From positions 1,426,001-1,481,024 of the forward strand of contig OZ025792.1 of the NCBI GenBank assembly GCA_964019425.1: a stretch of 55,024 nt of DNA. Reading direction: 5' to 3'. This document shows positions 11,945-24,594 of the stretch, piece by piece. Position 1 is the first letter of the stretch. The number at the start of each line of letters is the position of its first letter. This DNA is from Flectonema sp. DT1601. Taxonomy: Eukaryota. The position numbers and the translations under genes were made by a program. The notes beneath the pieces were generated by a model. The model was given only the letters and a program-made list of their open reading frames with translations, had not been told where the DNA came from and did no database searches.

Positions 11945-12027
11945 TGCCGTGACCGGGAATTGAACCCCCGACCACGGTTACGTAAGCGATTTAAGGTCGA
12001 CGACCATAACAACTCGGCTATGCAGGC
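11945..12027 (-). promoter_or_regulatory. tRNA-like module in F2 repeat A1 (copy at 24964-25046)
   Basis: The reverse complement reads GCCTGCATAGCCGAGTTG...GGTTCAATTCCCGGTCACGGCA followed by a T-run; homologous to the F1 module. Confidence 0.75.
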
Positions 12028-12288
12028 TCTGGTACGTCGAAAATTTATTTATACTTATTACTTTTCTGTCCTAACGGAACGGAAAATGAAAAATGTCCTT
12101 CCTTATCTAAAATGCACTCTGCACCTATTATGTTGGTTCAGCAGTGGCTTATCGAACTTATTAGCTCTCGTTGCACTGGTTAGCGCTGTGTTTGAGACGT
12201 TATATTATATCGGTACACTTTTAACTAATATGTTACTTCCTTTCCTTAGCAAATTTTGCTCTTTTTGTTATTTCTCTAAAACAAAAGA

Positions 12289-13271
12289 ATGTCTACACCA
12301 CCAATTGTGGAAATTCCGCATGTAGAATCTGAGATGGATTTAGATTCAATTCTGTTTGAGGATTTGAGGACGGTGAGAGCACAATCACCACGTGCCACCA
12401 TCGGGGAAGCAGGGACGTTTTGGGATCCCCAATCCAAAATGTCCGAAGAGATGATGAAAAACAATTCGTTGGCCTTGATAGGAAGAGAAGCGGTGTATTG
12501 TATGAGGAAGGAAGGGGAATCAAGTTGGAATTGGTATTGTGGCTTATTGTCAATGGTGGGTAATATGGGGAGGGTAACCTTGTCAAATTCGACAAGTCTT
12601 TTAAGGGGTGTGTATCGACACACGGGGCTGGACGAAACATTCGACTTTCCACATGCGGGCTTTGAATATGCCCATGTGATAAGCAAGGATGTGTATTGGG
12701 ATGAGTGGTCCAAAAGGTTAGTTCTAGAAAATGAACAAAAGATGTTAGGCATGTGCCAAAAGGTAACTAATTTGGAATCGCAGGTGGCGTCATTGTTATC
12801 GCCACAGATGCATGGTGCGCAACCCCAGCCACAGATGCATGGTGCGCAACCCCAGCCACAGATGCATGGTGCGCAACCCCAGCCACAAATTCAACAAGAG
12901 AGTGGTATGATGCAACAAATGATGGCACTATTATCGCAAAATCAACAATTATGTCAGATGCAGTTGCAGCATTCATCGGAATTATTAAAAAAGAAGTCAG
13001 CAGATGTGTGTCAATTGTCACCAGAGAACATCGAATGTCTGGATTTTGATCTAGCGACGGATGCGACTAACGTGTTACAATGGCGCGATATTTTGGCGCA
13101 GGGTGGATCAGAAAGGTTGCTGGATAAACTAGAAAACAAATACTGGTCAGTGCACAGGGGTAAATTGGCCACGAGGGAGTTAAGGGAGTTGAAGGCAGCC
13201 TTTGAAATTGTAAGAGATAATGTGAGGGTGGCAAGTACTAGATCAGCGGACTGGATTACTTCCAAACCACT
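12289..13271 (+). pseudogene. F2 gag-like ORF1, N-terminal part (interrupted; resumes at ~24021)
   Basis: Aligns by eye to F1 ORF 26674-27924 (STPPIVEIPHVE, RAQSPRATIGEAGTFWDP). It breaks at SKPL and resumes VRSMNKSLE. Contains a 27-bp x3 repeat (PQMHGAQPQ). Confidence 0.9.
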
Positions 13272-15430
13272 TCCAAACCGGGAATAATTCAGACCTGGAA
13301 CCTCCCTTTGTAGGAGAATCTGTAGATTTTAAAACTTCACAAACAGCTTTCGTTCCTTATAACTCTACAACACCCACTTTTACCCCGTTACACCCGTCTC
13401 GTCTCAAATTCCGATCTTTTGGAACTGAATGGAAGGACATCGACGTTTCTGCTGCAGAAAAACTTCAAACTTTCACCGTCGAAACAGAAAACTCTTCAAA
13501 ACCTGCCGACCAACTTGATAAACTACTCAAAACGGTTTATCAAATATGTAGCGGTTTCTTTGAAGAAACAAAGCGGAATTTACCCCGCAAACAGAAATCA
13601 AGGGAAGAGGTCATCCTCGACCAAGAAAAACTTGAATGTCGTCTGGAAATGAAACAGCTAAGACAGGAGCTCCGCAAATCTGGGCCTTCTATAGAGAACG
13701 CTGTCAAATGGAAAGAGGCAAGAACGAGAATGAAAAGGATTTTCCGAATGTATCGGAATTTAGAAAAGAAAAATTTATTCAAAAAATTACAAGATAAATT
13801 TCGTCAAAATCCGTTTACTGCCATAAAAGAAGAACTCCAAAAAGAAGATCCTCAACCCCCCTCCCTTGATATTCCAGAGGAAAAAATAATTGAACATTTT
13901 AAAAACAATTATTGTGACAATGAAAAAAAAAAAACTGATTTCACCCATCCCTCTTTTTTACCTAAGTCTGACTACAAGACAATGGATGATATCCAGTTCC
14001 CGAGCTTCGAACAGTTTGGTATTCTCTTATCAAAGAAAAAAAACAAATGTGCCCCTGGTCCCAATTGCATACCTTATGTTGTATGGAAAAAGGTCCCAAC
14101 TTTTATGGAAGCACTTTACAAGGTATTAAAGAGAATTTTCGAACTCAAGGCCTATCCGGATAGTTGGGGCTTAGCATTTGTAACAATGCTCCCAAAGCCC
14201 AACTCCGATGGGAAAGACATCTCGAAAACGAGACCGATAGCTGTGGGCAACTGCGACGGAAAAATTTTTAATACGGTTATTCAGGAAGCCGTCGCAAGCC
14301 ACACTCTTTCTAAATTTAATTTTCAAAAAGGCTTTAGGAAAGGTGTCTCTGGGTGTATCGAACATGCCACGATCACCTCAGAGATTTTTAAAGAAGTGAA
14401 AGCTCTCCGGAAAAACCTAACAATTGTCTGGGTGGATTTGGCAGATGCTTTCGGTTCAGTCAAACATCAATTAATTTTCTTTGCTTTAAAATATTTCGGA
14501 ATTCACGAAAGAATAATCGGTTTCTATAAAAGGTATTATTCCTCCATGCGCGTCCAAATCAGAGTTGGAGAAGGCCTGACGCCCACTATCCCTTTTGAAG
14601 TTGGTGTCTTTCAAGGCTGCGTTTCCTCCCCAACCCTTTTTAATTTGGTATTCCAACTACTGCTCTTTTCCTTAGCAGTTCATCAACAGGAAGCCTACGA
14701 GTTTAACAATAAATCCCTCCAACTATTAGTTGCAGCTTTTGCTGATGATTTACAACTTACCACGTCATCAAAGGCGGGGGCAAAATTGCTAATCAAGTCG
14801 CTCGAACAGTTTCTTTCCTGGTCTCGAGGTATGAAAGCGAAACCCCAGAAATGCATTGCCCACAGCTTTGTACAAGGGAAACCAGCTAACCCGGACCTGA
14901 AGATTAACAATGTTCCGATTACGAATCTCCAGGAAGCTGGAGAGTTCAAATACCTCGGGCGTTGGTTTGAGCCGAACGCCAAAGAACAGAAATTGCGAGA
15001 GCGCCTGACCACTTTTACCAGGAATTTTTTAAAAAAAGTCGACGCCATGCCACTATATGGGTCTCAGAAGGCTTGGTCTGTCCAACACTTGTTATTGTCA
15101 AGGTTAACATGGAGTTTGATGATCCATGACTTATCTCTCCCTTTTGCCAAAAAAATGGACAAAATTATTAAACCTTTTTTGAAGAAATGGTGGGGATTTG
15201 TCCGCTCTGCGAACACAGTCATCCTTTTTACCGGTTCAAAGAACACTGTTGGTCTCAGACACAAAAGAGTTGAGACGCTATATAAACAAGCGCAATCAAT
15301 TAAACTAGACATCCTCAGATCCTCACAGGACTCTGACATGCACGGTGTCTACAATGTTATTATGGAGAAATCGTCCAACTGGTCGAAAAAGTTTTCAGCT
15401 TCTGCTGAGTGGGAGCGCCTTATTAAGTTT
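13272..15430 (+). CDS. Non-LTR retrotransposon reverse transcriptase (5'-truncated, RLE class, HERO-like)
   Basis: Motifs APGP, TRPIA, QKGF, DLADAFGSV, GVFQG..SPTLF, FADD, KYLG. The frame is open from the 5' junction, upstream of ATG 13649. Interrupted by element A. Confidence 0.9.
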
Positions 15431-16070
15431 TTTTCTTACCGTTCTCTCATTTGTCTTGTATAACTTCAGTTATATCCATTTTACTTTTTATTGTTTCCCA
15501 TCTACTTTTTATTTTCTATTAGTTCTGGTCAGAAACTCCTGGGCAGCAAGAAGGAAAGTAGTTGAGTACTTCTGGGTGTTTGGCATCACCCCCCATAGTG
15601 AGCAAGTACAACAGGTAGCATTGGTAGTCTGTTGATCCTGAGTGATCCCAGCTACAGTTTTGTTTTTCTTTCTTTTTTTTAGAAGAAGATCAGGACATCC
15701 AAGCACTGCTGGATAGTTGCTGAATGCAGGGCCTGCCTGTGGCATTATAATAACAGGCTAAGTCATTTGTAGTTCATAGTTTACCTTTGATTTTATAACT
15801 TCACACAGGGTACTATGAACGATGAGAGATCCAGTGGGATCACTCAGGGTCTAGTAGAGACCACCAATGTTGTGCGTTGATAGGCAAGGTGACCAACCTT
15901 GACATTCTTTCTTTTCTCTCCTGTTGTGACAAACACAAAATACACACACAGCTTACAGTGTGTTCTTTGTGTATGTTTTCTTCAGGTGTGAGTAGTTTTT
16001 TTGTTCTTGCTCTTCAGGGAGGGCCTTAGCCAAAAGCTAACAGTCCAAATCTCACCTGGAAATTCAACTC
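15430..16070 (+). mobile_element. Element A copy inserted in the non-LTR ORF
   Basis: Matches 8285-8650 plus 28383-28642 and separates the RT from the zinc-finger/RLE part. Confidence 0.9.
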
Positions 16071-18732
16071 AGCGAAGCAATCAGCTGGTCTTGGTCACCG
16101 ATTGCGCGATCTACGTACTACTCGCCCCGATCTCCTTAAGCGTTTTGAAGTGGAAGCCACAGATGAACTACTGAACTCTTTGAATAAATTACAAGTCCAA
16201 GGTCAATGGAAGGAGTGGTCTAAATGTATGATAAACGACTTCACCTGGAATAAGGTACTTAGGGAGGGAAATCCTGCCTATATCTCATTTCAACTGAAAG
16301 CGGTTACAAACACCCTCCCCTCACAAGATAATTTAAAGAGGTGGAACATCACCAATGTGGACCAAAATTGTGTTTTGTGTGGCAAAGTGAATCCTACCCT
16401 CAGGCATGTCTTAACAGGCTGTCCTGTCTCTTTAACACAAGGGAGGTTCACGTGGCGTCACGACAGCGTTCTAAAACGCATTGTTATCTTCTTGGAAGAG
16501 TTGATAATAAAAGCCAACAAAAGAAAAGAAAACCTCCCGCCTCCCTCTCAAACTTTTTTAAAAACAGGGGAAAATAAACCCCTAGAAAGAATTTCTAAAG
16601 AGACAGGCGAACTTTCACTAGCGAATGATTGGGTCATCCTCGACGATGTCGGTGATAACCGCCTAATTGTTCCTCTTGAAGTGTGCCATGTCTCGTCCTC
16701 TCTAAGACCAGACATTTTTATTTATTCTTTTTTTGCGAAAAGAGCACTGATTTTGGAGCTGACGTGTCCAAATGAAGATCGTTTCGAAACCTCTCATGTC
16801 TTAAAGGAAAAGAAATACCTAAAGCTAAGAGACTCGATCATCGCTAATGGCTTCGACTGTAACATTTTTACTATTGAAGTTGGCGTACGAGGAAACATCT
16901 GCATGGACCAGCTGAACATCTGGACACGTCACATCGGTTCACCTTTAGCACCAACAAAAGCTTTATTTTGTGAATGCACCAGAATCGCCAGACAGTGCTC
17001 ATATGTTCTGTTCCAGACGAGGAACCTCCCCACGTGGCATTCAAGACCACTAATGCGCAGCATTAAAGAAGAACCTGCCACTGCAAGTTTTATAAAAGAT
17101 GGTAAAGAAATCTTCCCTGTGGAAGAAGTCAAAATCCACAAAGTAACAAAACTGAAAACGATCGAAAAGCTCACCATTGAAAGATCGTGGCTTGAGAAAT
17201 GTTTTATCTGGCAAACTTGTTACGCATCGGCTCTTTCTATTCTACTTATTGCCAATGGTTCTTCCTCCCCGGCCCCCTCTGTTTTGTTAGATGAGGATGA
17301 GCTCACTGGACTCTCCTTGTCATTCTCTTCTATTTCTTCCATCTCTTTCCAGACTCCCCCACCTGAACTCATGTCAACGGGATCGCAAACACTTCCTGCT
17401 GATTTCGCTATAGTGATAAGAACTCAATCTGACATGGGTTCTCAAACCCCCTTGTACAAAAAAAAAGAAGGAAAATTAAGGCTGAAACTTTCCTTGAAAT
17501 GCCAGATTTTAGAAAACGAATTAGAGCAAATGAAAGAACGAATTTTTTATGTTCTATTTTTATTTTACTTTAATGCGATGTCAGCCTCCCTCGAGAAAGA
17601 CAAGCAGTTACTAAATGGATTACCTGTTGAGATCAAAGCTACCAACCAGGATCCATCCTCACTTCCTCCTGCGCCCCCTGTTTTAATTATTGAAAAAGAT
17701 AGAAAAGAATATGAACTTCTGGAAGGAGTAATTCAACGGTTAACAGCAGAACGCGATGAATCGAAGACTTCTCTTTCTGCACTAGTTCGACAATATGACT
17801 TAGTGGAAGATTACAGGAAACGTGAGCTCGCAAATCTGACTCAGAGAGCAGACCTATCGGAAATGGCGCTCTTTAATTACCATCAAAGGTTTGTTCTTCT
17901 GTCGAACGAATTGGAGACCAAATGTAATGAGGAAAGAGAAAGTAAAATAAGACTTTTCTATACTCAACAGGAGGTCGAGAGTTTGCGTGCCGCGCGTCCC
18001 CGTATGACCCACTTTAGTCAACAAGTTTCCCCCCGAACCCCCGTTTTGTATGAATCTGTTGCTATGATGAAGATAGCAAAGAACTACCTTTCGCTCTTTA
18101 CAACTACGAGTAGTCTTTTTACTCCTCTTATTAAACCCCTTATCCCTACCCTTAATTATATCACCCCTCTTTGTCCTCTAGCCTCAATTCCTCCGACAAT
18201 GCCGCAGAGTGAAGCTCTCGACCGCACGCCGACCAAGATTTTACGACAAGAGAGTCACGTTATCTCCGTTAAAGAGAATACACCTATTGCGAGACAATGG
18301 TCCGAGGGTAGGATTGACTTACTCGAGAATTACTGTCGAGCAGTAGATGACTCTCTCGAAACAAACGAGAAAGCGGCAGAGCTCTCAGAACAACTTCTGG
18401 ATGCCCAACTTCGCCTCTCGGAGCTGAATCACCAACGGTGTACAACTCACGCAGAGCAGCTTGAGCAATCCATGATGTTAACGGGACTGGCGAGCGATTT
18501 AAATGCTCAACTCGCCTTGGCACGGTCTCAAATTGCGGCCCTGAAGTTCCAATTAGCTTCATGGGCAGAAGGTTTGAGTCCGCCAGACACAGAAGAACAT
18601 GAGGAAAATGAAACTCCGCCGAGAAAGTCTGAGCGTTCAACTCTGAAAAAACGAACCCCTCCATCAAGATATCGTTACAATCGAAGGAGATGTTCTGCTG
18701 ATGACGTTCACGGTGACTCCACCCCCTTGTAA
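16071..18732 (+). CDS. Non-LTR ORF continuation: CCHC zinc knuckle, restriction-like endonuclease, long C-terminal extension
   Basis: CVLC...HVLTGC, FTWRHDSV, RPDI, LELTCP, KEKKY, followed by ~550 further codons with coiled-coil-like heptads. Confidence 0.85.
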
Positions 18733-18989
18733 TTCTCTTTTTCCTTACTTTCACATCACTTTGTTTATTTAGTTTTTTAGCTTATTTATTATTTATTGTT
18801 CGTTTTTGTTTGTATTATTTTATCGATATGTTTATGTCCGTCAGATCATAACGTTAATCAGGTTAATTGTTAATTGTTAATTATAAATGGTCTAAACCCC
18901 AATCCAAGTTCCCAAGGCTTGGCATAGATTTGAGTGACGCCTTACTGGCCTCCTCATCCTCTATGAGTGGTGAGGGGGCCAGCAATGGT

Positions 18990-21900
18990 TTTTTTTTTTT
19001 TTTTTTCTCTTATTTCTTTTTTTCTTTTTCTTTTACTCTAATATGAAATATTTTTGAACAAAATGTGATTATTAATTTAAAAAAAAAAAAAAAAAATAAT
19101 AATGTAAATGAATAAAAAAAAAAAAAAAAACATGCCTTGGGAATACAATCAAAGCCCCAATTAATCGGTCCTTTCTTTTTCCTTCTTGTCAAGTGATCGC
19201 TCCACTCGACGATCACCAAAACCGATTGTATTTATATCTGTTCTTTTCTCAACGATCGGCTATACCGACCATTTTTTTTTTATTTATATAAATAATTGTT
19301 TTCTTCTTCTCGACGATCAGTTCCAATTGATCGACCTTTTTTTTTTTTTTCCTTTATTCCTTCCATCCCTCCCGCTCCCCTAATTGTAAATAAAAACAAG
19401 ATCAGCTCAGCTTGATCGTTAATCTTTTTTTCTTTTTTTAATTTAAACTGATTGTATTTATATCTGTTTATTTTTCTCAACGATCGGCTATACCGATCAA
19501 CCTTTAAAATAATTTCTTCTTCTCGACGATCAGATCCAAATGATCAACCTTTTCTTTTTTTTTCCTCTATTCCTTCCATCCCTCCCGCTCCCCTATTTGT
19601 AATAAAAACAAGATCAGCTCAGCTTGATCGTTAATTTTTTTTCTTTCTTTTTTGTTGGTCCTAGTCAAGACCTTAAACTGACTAACCGGTCTTAATTTTA
19701 AATAAGTGTTAACCTAGTTTCTCTTTTCCTTTTCAATTTCCTTTTAATACTCTCTATCTGGTCTGTTATGTCATATTTCTCATTTAATTTTATCATCCAT
19801 TTTACTTTTCACTGTTTCCCATCTACATTTTATTTTCAAATAGTTACGGTCTGTTAAAAAAAAAAAAAAGTTTAAATAAGTTAAATTGAACATGTTAACT
19901 CAATTCCTCAATTCTTCCGTCATGGTCATGACATTCTTTTTCGTTTCTCTAAATGCACAAGAGATACCATCACTCATGAGATACCAACGCACATACGAGA
20001 TACCAGCACTCCAGAGATACCGACACGCTAGAGATACCAAGTCACTTGAGATACCTCCTTGTAAATTAATTCCCGGTATTTCAAATTTGAATTGATAGTG
20101 TCAACTCTGCTTGCTGCTCTTGTTAATGTGTTGTCTCCTGACAGTGATCTTAACTCCTGTAAAAAGAAAAAAAAAAAAGAAATCAAAAAAGAAGAATTTT
20201 CAAACGAAGTTATAACAACCCCTACCACCCATTATGATCAATTCCGCTTGTTTTTTTTTTTTTTTTAAAACAAAAAAAAAATAAAAAAATTATAAAAGAT
20301 TAAACAATGTTATCATTGTATTTTTATCGATCGACTATGTCGATTACTTTCTATTTTCCGTCCTGGTCAAGACGCTAAACTGATTGTTTTTTTTTTTTTT
20401 TTCCCAAAATTAATAAAAAAGAATATAAAAAAAAAAAAATAAAAAAAAAGAATAAACAATGTTATCATTGTTTTTTTATCGTTCGACTTTGTCGACTAAT
20501 TTCTATTTTCCTTTTTTTTCTTTAAAGAATAAATAAAAAGAATTTAAAAAAAAAAAAAAAAAAAAAAGAATAAACAATGTTATCATTGTTTTTTTATCGA
20601 TCGACTATGTCGATTACTTTCTATTTTCCGTCCTGGTCAAGACGCTAAACTGATTGTTTTTTTTTTTTTTTTTTCAAAATTAATAAAAAAGAATATAAAA
20701 AAAAAAAAAATAAAAAAAAGATTAAACAATGTTATCATTGTTTTTTTATCGTTCGACTTTGTCGACTAATTTCTATTTTCCGTTTTTTTTTTCTTAAAAA
20801 ATAAATAAAAAGAATTTAAAAAAAAAAAAAAAAAAAAAAAGAATAAACAATGTTATCATTGTTTTTTTTATCGATCGACTATGTCGATTACTTTCTATTT
20901 TCCGTCCTGGTCAAGACGCTAAACTGATTGTTTTTTTTTTTTTTTTTTTTCAAAATTAATAAAAAAGAATATAAAAAAAAAAAAAATAAAAAAAAGAATA
21001 AACAATGTTATCATTGTTTTTTTATCGTTCGACTTTGTCGACTAAATTCTATTTTCCGTTTTTTTCTCTTAAAAAATAAATAAAAAGAATTTAAAAAAAA
21101 AAAAAAAAAAAAGAATAAACAATGTTATCATTGTTTTTTTATCGATCGATTTTGTCGACTAATTTCTATTTTCCGTCCTGGTCAGGACGCTAAACTGATT
21201 GTTTTTTTTTTTTCAAAATTAATAAAAAAAGATTATAAAAAAAAAAAAATAAAAAAAAGAATAAACAATGTTATCATTGTTTTTTTATCGTTCGACTTTG
21301 TCGACTAATTTCTATTTTCCGTCCCGGTCAAGACGCTAAACTGATTGTTTTTTCTAAATAAATAAAAAGAATAAAAAAAAAAAAAAAAAAAAAAAGATTA
21401 AACAATGTTATCATTGTTTTTTTTTATCGATCGACTATGTCGATTACTTTCTATTTTCCGTCCTGGTCAGGACGCTAAACTGATTGTTTTTTCTTTAAAA
21501 AATAAATAAAAAGAATAAAAAAAAAAAAAAAAAAAAAAAGAATAAACAATGTTATCATTGTTTTGTTATCGATTGACTTTGTCGACTAATTTCTATTTTC
21601 CGTCCTGGTCAAGACGCTAAACTGATTGTTTTTTCTTTAAAAAATAAATAAAAAGAATAAAAAAAAAAAACAAAAAAAAAAGAATAAACAATGTTATCAT
21701 TGTTTTTTTATCGTTCGACTTTGTCGACTAATTTCTATTTTCCGTTTTTTTTCTTAAAAAATAAATAAAAAGAATTTAAAAAAAAAAAAAAAAAAAAAAA
21801 AGAATAAACAATGTTATCATTGTTTTGTTATCGATTGACTTTGTCGACTAATTTCTATTTTCCGTCCTGGTCAAGACGCTAAACTGATTGTTTTTTCTTT

Positions 21901-22197
21901 AAAAAATAAATAAAAAGAATAAAAAAAAAAAACAAAAAAAAAAGAATAAACAATGTTATCATTGTTTTTTTATCGATCGACTATGTCGATCACTTTCTAT
22001 TTTTCGTCCTGGTCAGGACGCTAAACTGATTGTTTTTTCTTTAAAATTAATAAAAAGAATAAAAAAAAAAAGAAAAAAGGAATAAACAATGTTATCATTG
22101 TTTTTATTTTATCGATCGACTATGTCGATTACTTTCTATTTTCCGTCCTGGTCAAGACGCTAAACTGATTGTTTTTTCTTTAAAAAATAATAAGAAG

Positions 22198-22232
<35 letters not shown>

Positions 22233-22343
22233 TAAACAATGTTATCATTGTTTTTTTATCGATCGACTATGTCGATCACTTTCTATTTTTCGTCCTGGTC
22301 AAGACGCTAAACTGATTGTTTTTTCTTTAAAAATAATAAAAAG

Positions 22344-22377
<34 letters not shown>

Positions 22378-23052
22378 AATAAACAATGTTATCATTGTTT
22401 TTTTTTTTCGATCGACTATGTCGATCACTTTCTATTTTCCGTCCTGGTCAAGACGTTAAACTGATTGTTTTTTTTCAAAATTAATAAAAAAGAATACAAA
22501 AAAAAATAAAAAAAAAAGAATAAACAATGTTATCATTGTTTTTTTTTATCGATCGACTATGTCGATCACTTTCTATTTTCCGTCCTGGTCAAGACGCTAA
22601 ACTGATTGTTTTTTTTTTCAAAATTAATAAAAAGAATATAAAAAAAAAATAAAAAAAAAAGAATAAACAATGTTATCATTGTTTTTTTTTTTATTGTTCG
22701 ACTTTGTTGACTAATTTCTATTTTCCGTTTTTTTTTTTTCTTTTTAAAAAATAAATAAAAAGAATTTAAAAAAAAAAAAAAAAAAAAAAGAATAAACAAT
22801 GTTATCATTGTTTTTTTTTCATCGATCGACTATGTCGATTACTTTCTATTTTCCGTCCTGGTCAAGACGCTAAACTGATTGTTTTTTTTTTCAAAATTAA
22901 TAAAAAAGAATATAAAAAAAAAAAAACAAAAACAAAAAGAATAAACAATGTTATCATTGTTTTTTTATCGATCGACTATGTCGATCACTTTCTATTTTCC
23001 GTCCTGGTCAAGACGCTAAACTGATTGTTTTTTCTTTAAAAAATAATTAAAA

Positions 23053-23085
<33 letters not shown>

Positions 23086-23457
23086 TTAATCAATGTTATC
23101 ATTGTTTTTTTTTTATCGTTCGACTTTGTTGACTAATTTTTATTTTCCGTTTTTTTCTTTAAAATAAATAAAAAGAATTTAAAAAAAAAAAAAAAAAAAA
23201 AGAATAAACAATGTTATCATTGTTTTTTTATCGATCGACTATGTCGATCACTTTCTATTTTCCGTCCTGGTCAAGACACTAAACTGATTGTTTTTTCTTT
23301 AAAAAATAATTAAAAGGTTAAAAAAAAAAAAAAAAAAAAAGGAATAAACAATGTTATCATTGTTTTTTTTTTATCGATCGACTATGTCGATTACTTTCTA
23401 TTTTCCGTCCTGGTCAAGACGCTAAACTGATTGTTTTTTCTTTAAAATAATTAAAAG

Positions 23458-23491
<34 letters not shown>

Positions 23492-24020
23492 AATAAACAA
23501 TGTTATCATTTTTTTTTTTCTATCGATCGACTATGTCGATTAATTTCTATTTTCCGTCCTGATCGAGACGCTAAACTGATTGTTTCCTTTTTTTAAATAA
23601 TAAAAAAAAAAAAAAAAAAGAGCATCTCCCTGCTATCCTCATATCCCCACAATAATATTATACCTTTTCATTTTCTCTTTCCTTTTCTGGTCTTTTTTTT
23701 TTCTTTTTTTCCTTTTTCATACAACGTTTTTTATTTATATTTTTTTTTTTTTTTTTTTTCATGTTTGATTATTTCCTCTTCATATTTTTCTTTTTCTATT
23801 CTTTCTTTTTTTTTTTTTTTTTTTTTTTCTCTGCCTCTCTCTCAATTCTGTTCGTTTCTTTGAAACGAAAATTCATTTGAATATTATTCCTTGGTCAGCA
23901 ACCATCATTGTCGCCCTTTGGGCCTGTTAAAAAAAATAAAAAATAAAAAGAAAGTTTACATCGGGAATAGGGCAGGAGCCAAAAGCTCCCAGTCCGTTAC
24001 TTCCCACTTTATCGAAATTC
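18990..24020 (+). repeat. Satellite-bearing non-coding region (putative long 3' UTR) with fixed 3' terminus
   Basis: ~240-bp repeats at 19170-19640, a unique block to ~20250, a satellite at 20280-23600, and a terminal block ending TATCGAAATTC at 24020, where F2 gag resumes. Confidence 0.8.
20280..23600 (+). repeat. Tandem hairpin satellite (~120-150 bp units, long and short variants, homopolymer linkers)
   Basis: Unit AAACAATG-TTAT-CATTGTTT ... TCGAC-TWT-GTCGA ... TTCTATTTTCCG(TCCTGGTCAAGACGCTAAACTGATTG), repeated more than 20 times. Confidence 0.95.
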
Positions 24021-24594
24021 GGTTCGGAGTATGAATAAATCATTGGAGTCGTTGATTATGAAATGGGAGTACACGACGAAAAGGATTAGCTCTGACGATA
24101 TTGAACGAAGGGTCAAATCAGGGATGTTGTTTGAGAAGGCAGTGAGGATGGCAGAGGTTGATGCAACATTTGTGGACGCTTCCTTAGAGGGATGGGGAGG
24201 TGTTGTAGTAGAACAGTCAGGTGCCCTTACTGTTGTAGGCGACATTTGGAGGCAAGAAAAAGGACTTCACATTAATATTCTCGAGGCAAAGGCTTTGCTT
24301 AATACTTTGTTAGCGTTGGACTTGTGGGATCTAAAAGGATTTAGGCTTGATATCAGGGTAGACAATACTTCTGTTATGGGGGCAGTTAGGAAAAGATGCC
24401 AGAAGAACAAAATCCTGAATGATGTAGTTTTGGCAGTTTGGCTAATTTTTAAAAAGGTAGTTTTCAGTGTCAAGTATATTAAGTCTGCGTTGAATCCTGC
24501 AGACGGTCCTTCCAGAACTTCTATGGGCCTACTTTCATCTGAGAAACTGCGATCTCAAGTCATACAAGCGGTGGGGCTGTTCTTCCGCACATAA
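24021..24594 (+). pseudogene. F2 gag C-terminus fused in frame to RNaseH by internal deletion
   Basis: MNKSLESLIMKWEY...AEVDA is followed directly by TFVDASLEGWGG...NPADGPSR. Confidence 0.88.

Noticed and set aside
11945..12027. Functional or ochre-suppressor tRNA (CCTTAAA loop)
   Set aside because: The acceptor stem is mispaired, the loop differs between F1 and F2, and it is part of a transposon repeat.
15960..16070. Hammerhead ribozyme in element A (CTGAAGA on the - strand)
   Set aside because: I could not find a stem II followed by GAAA in the required geometry.
20280..23600. CRISPR-like appearance of palindromic repeats with spacers
   Set aside because: The linkers are repeated A/T homopolymers, not unique spacers. 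No cas genes, and the context is eukaryotic.
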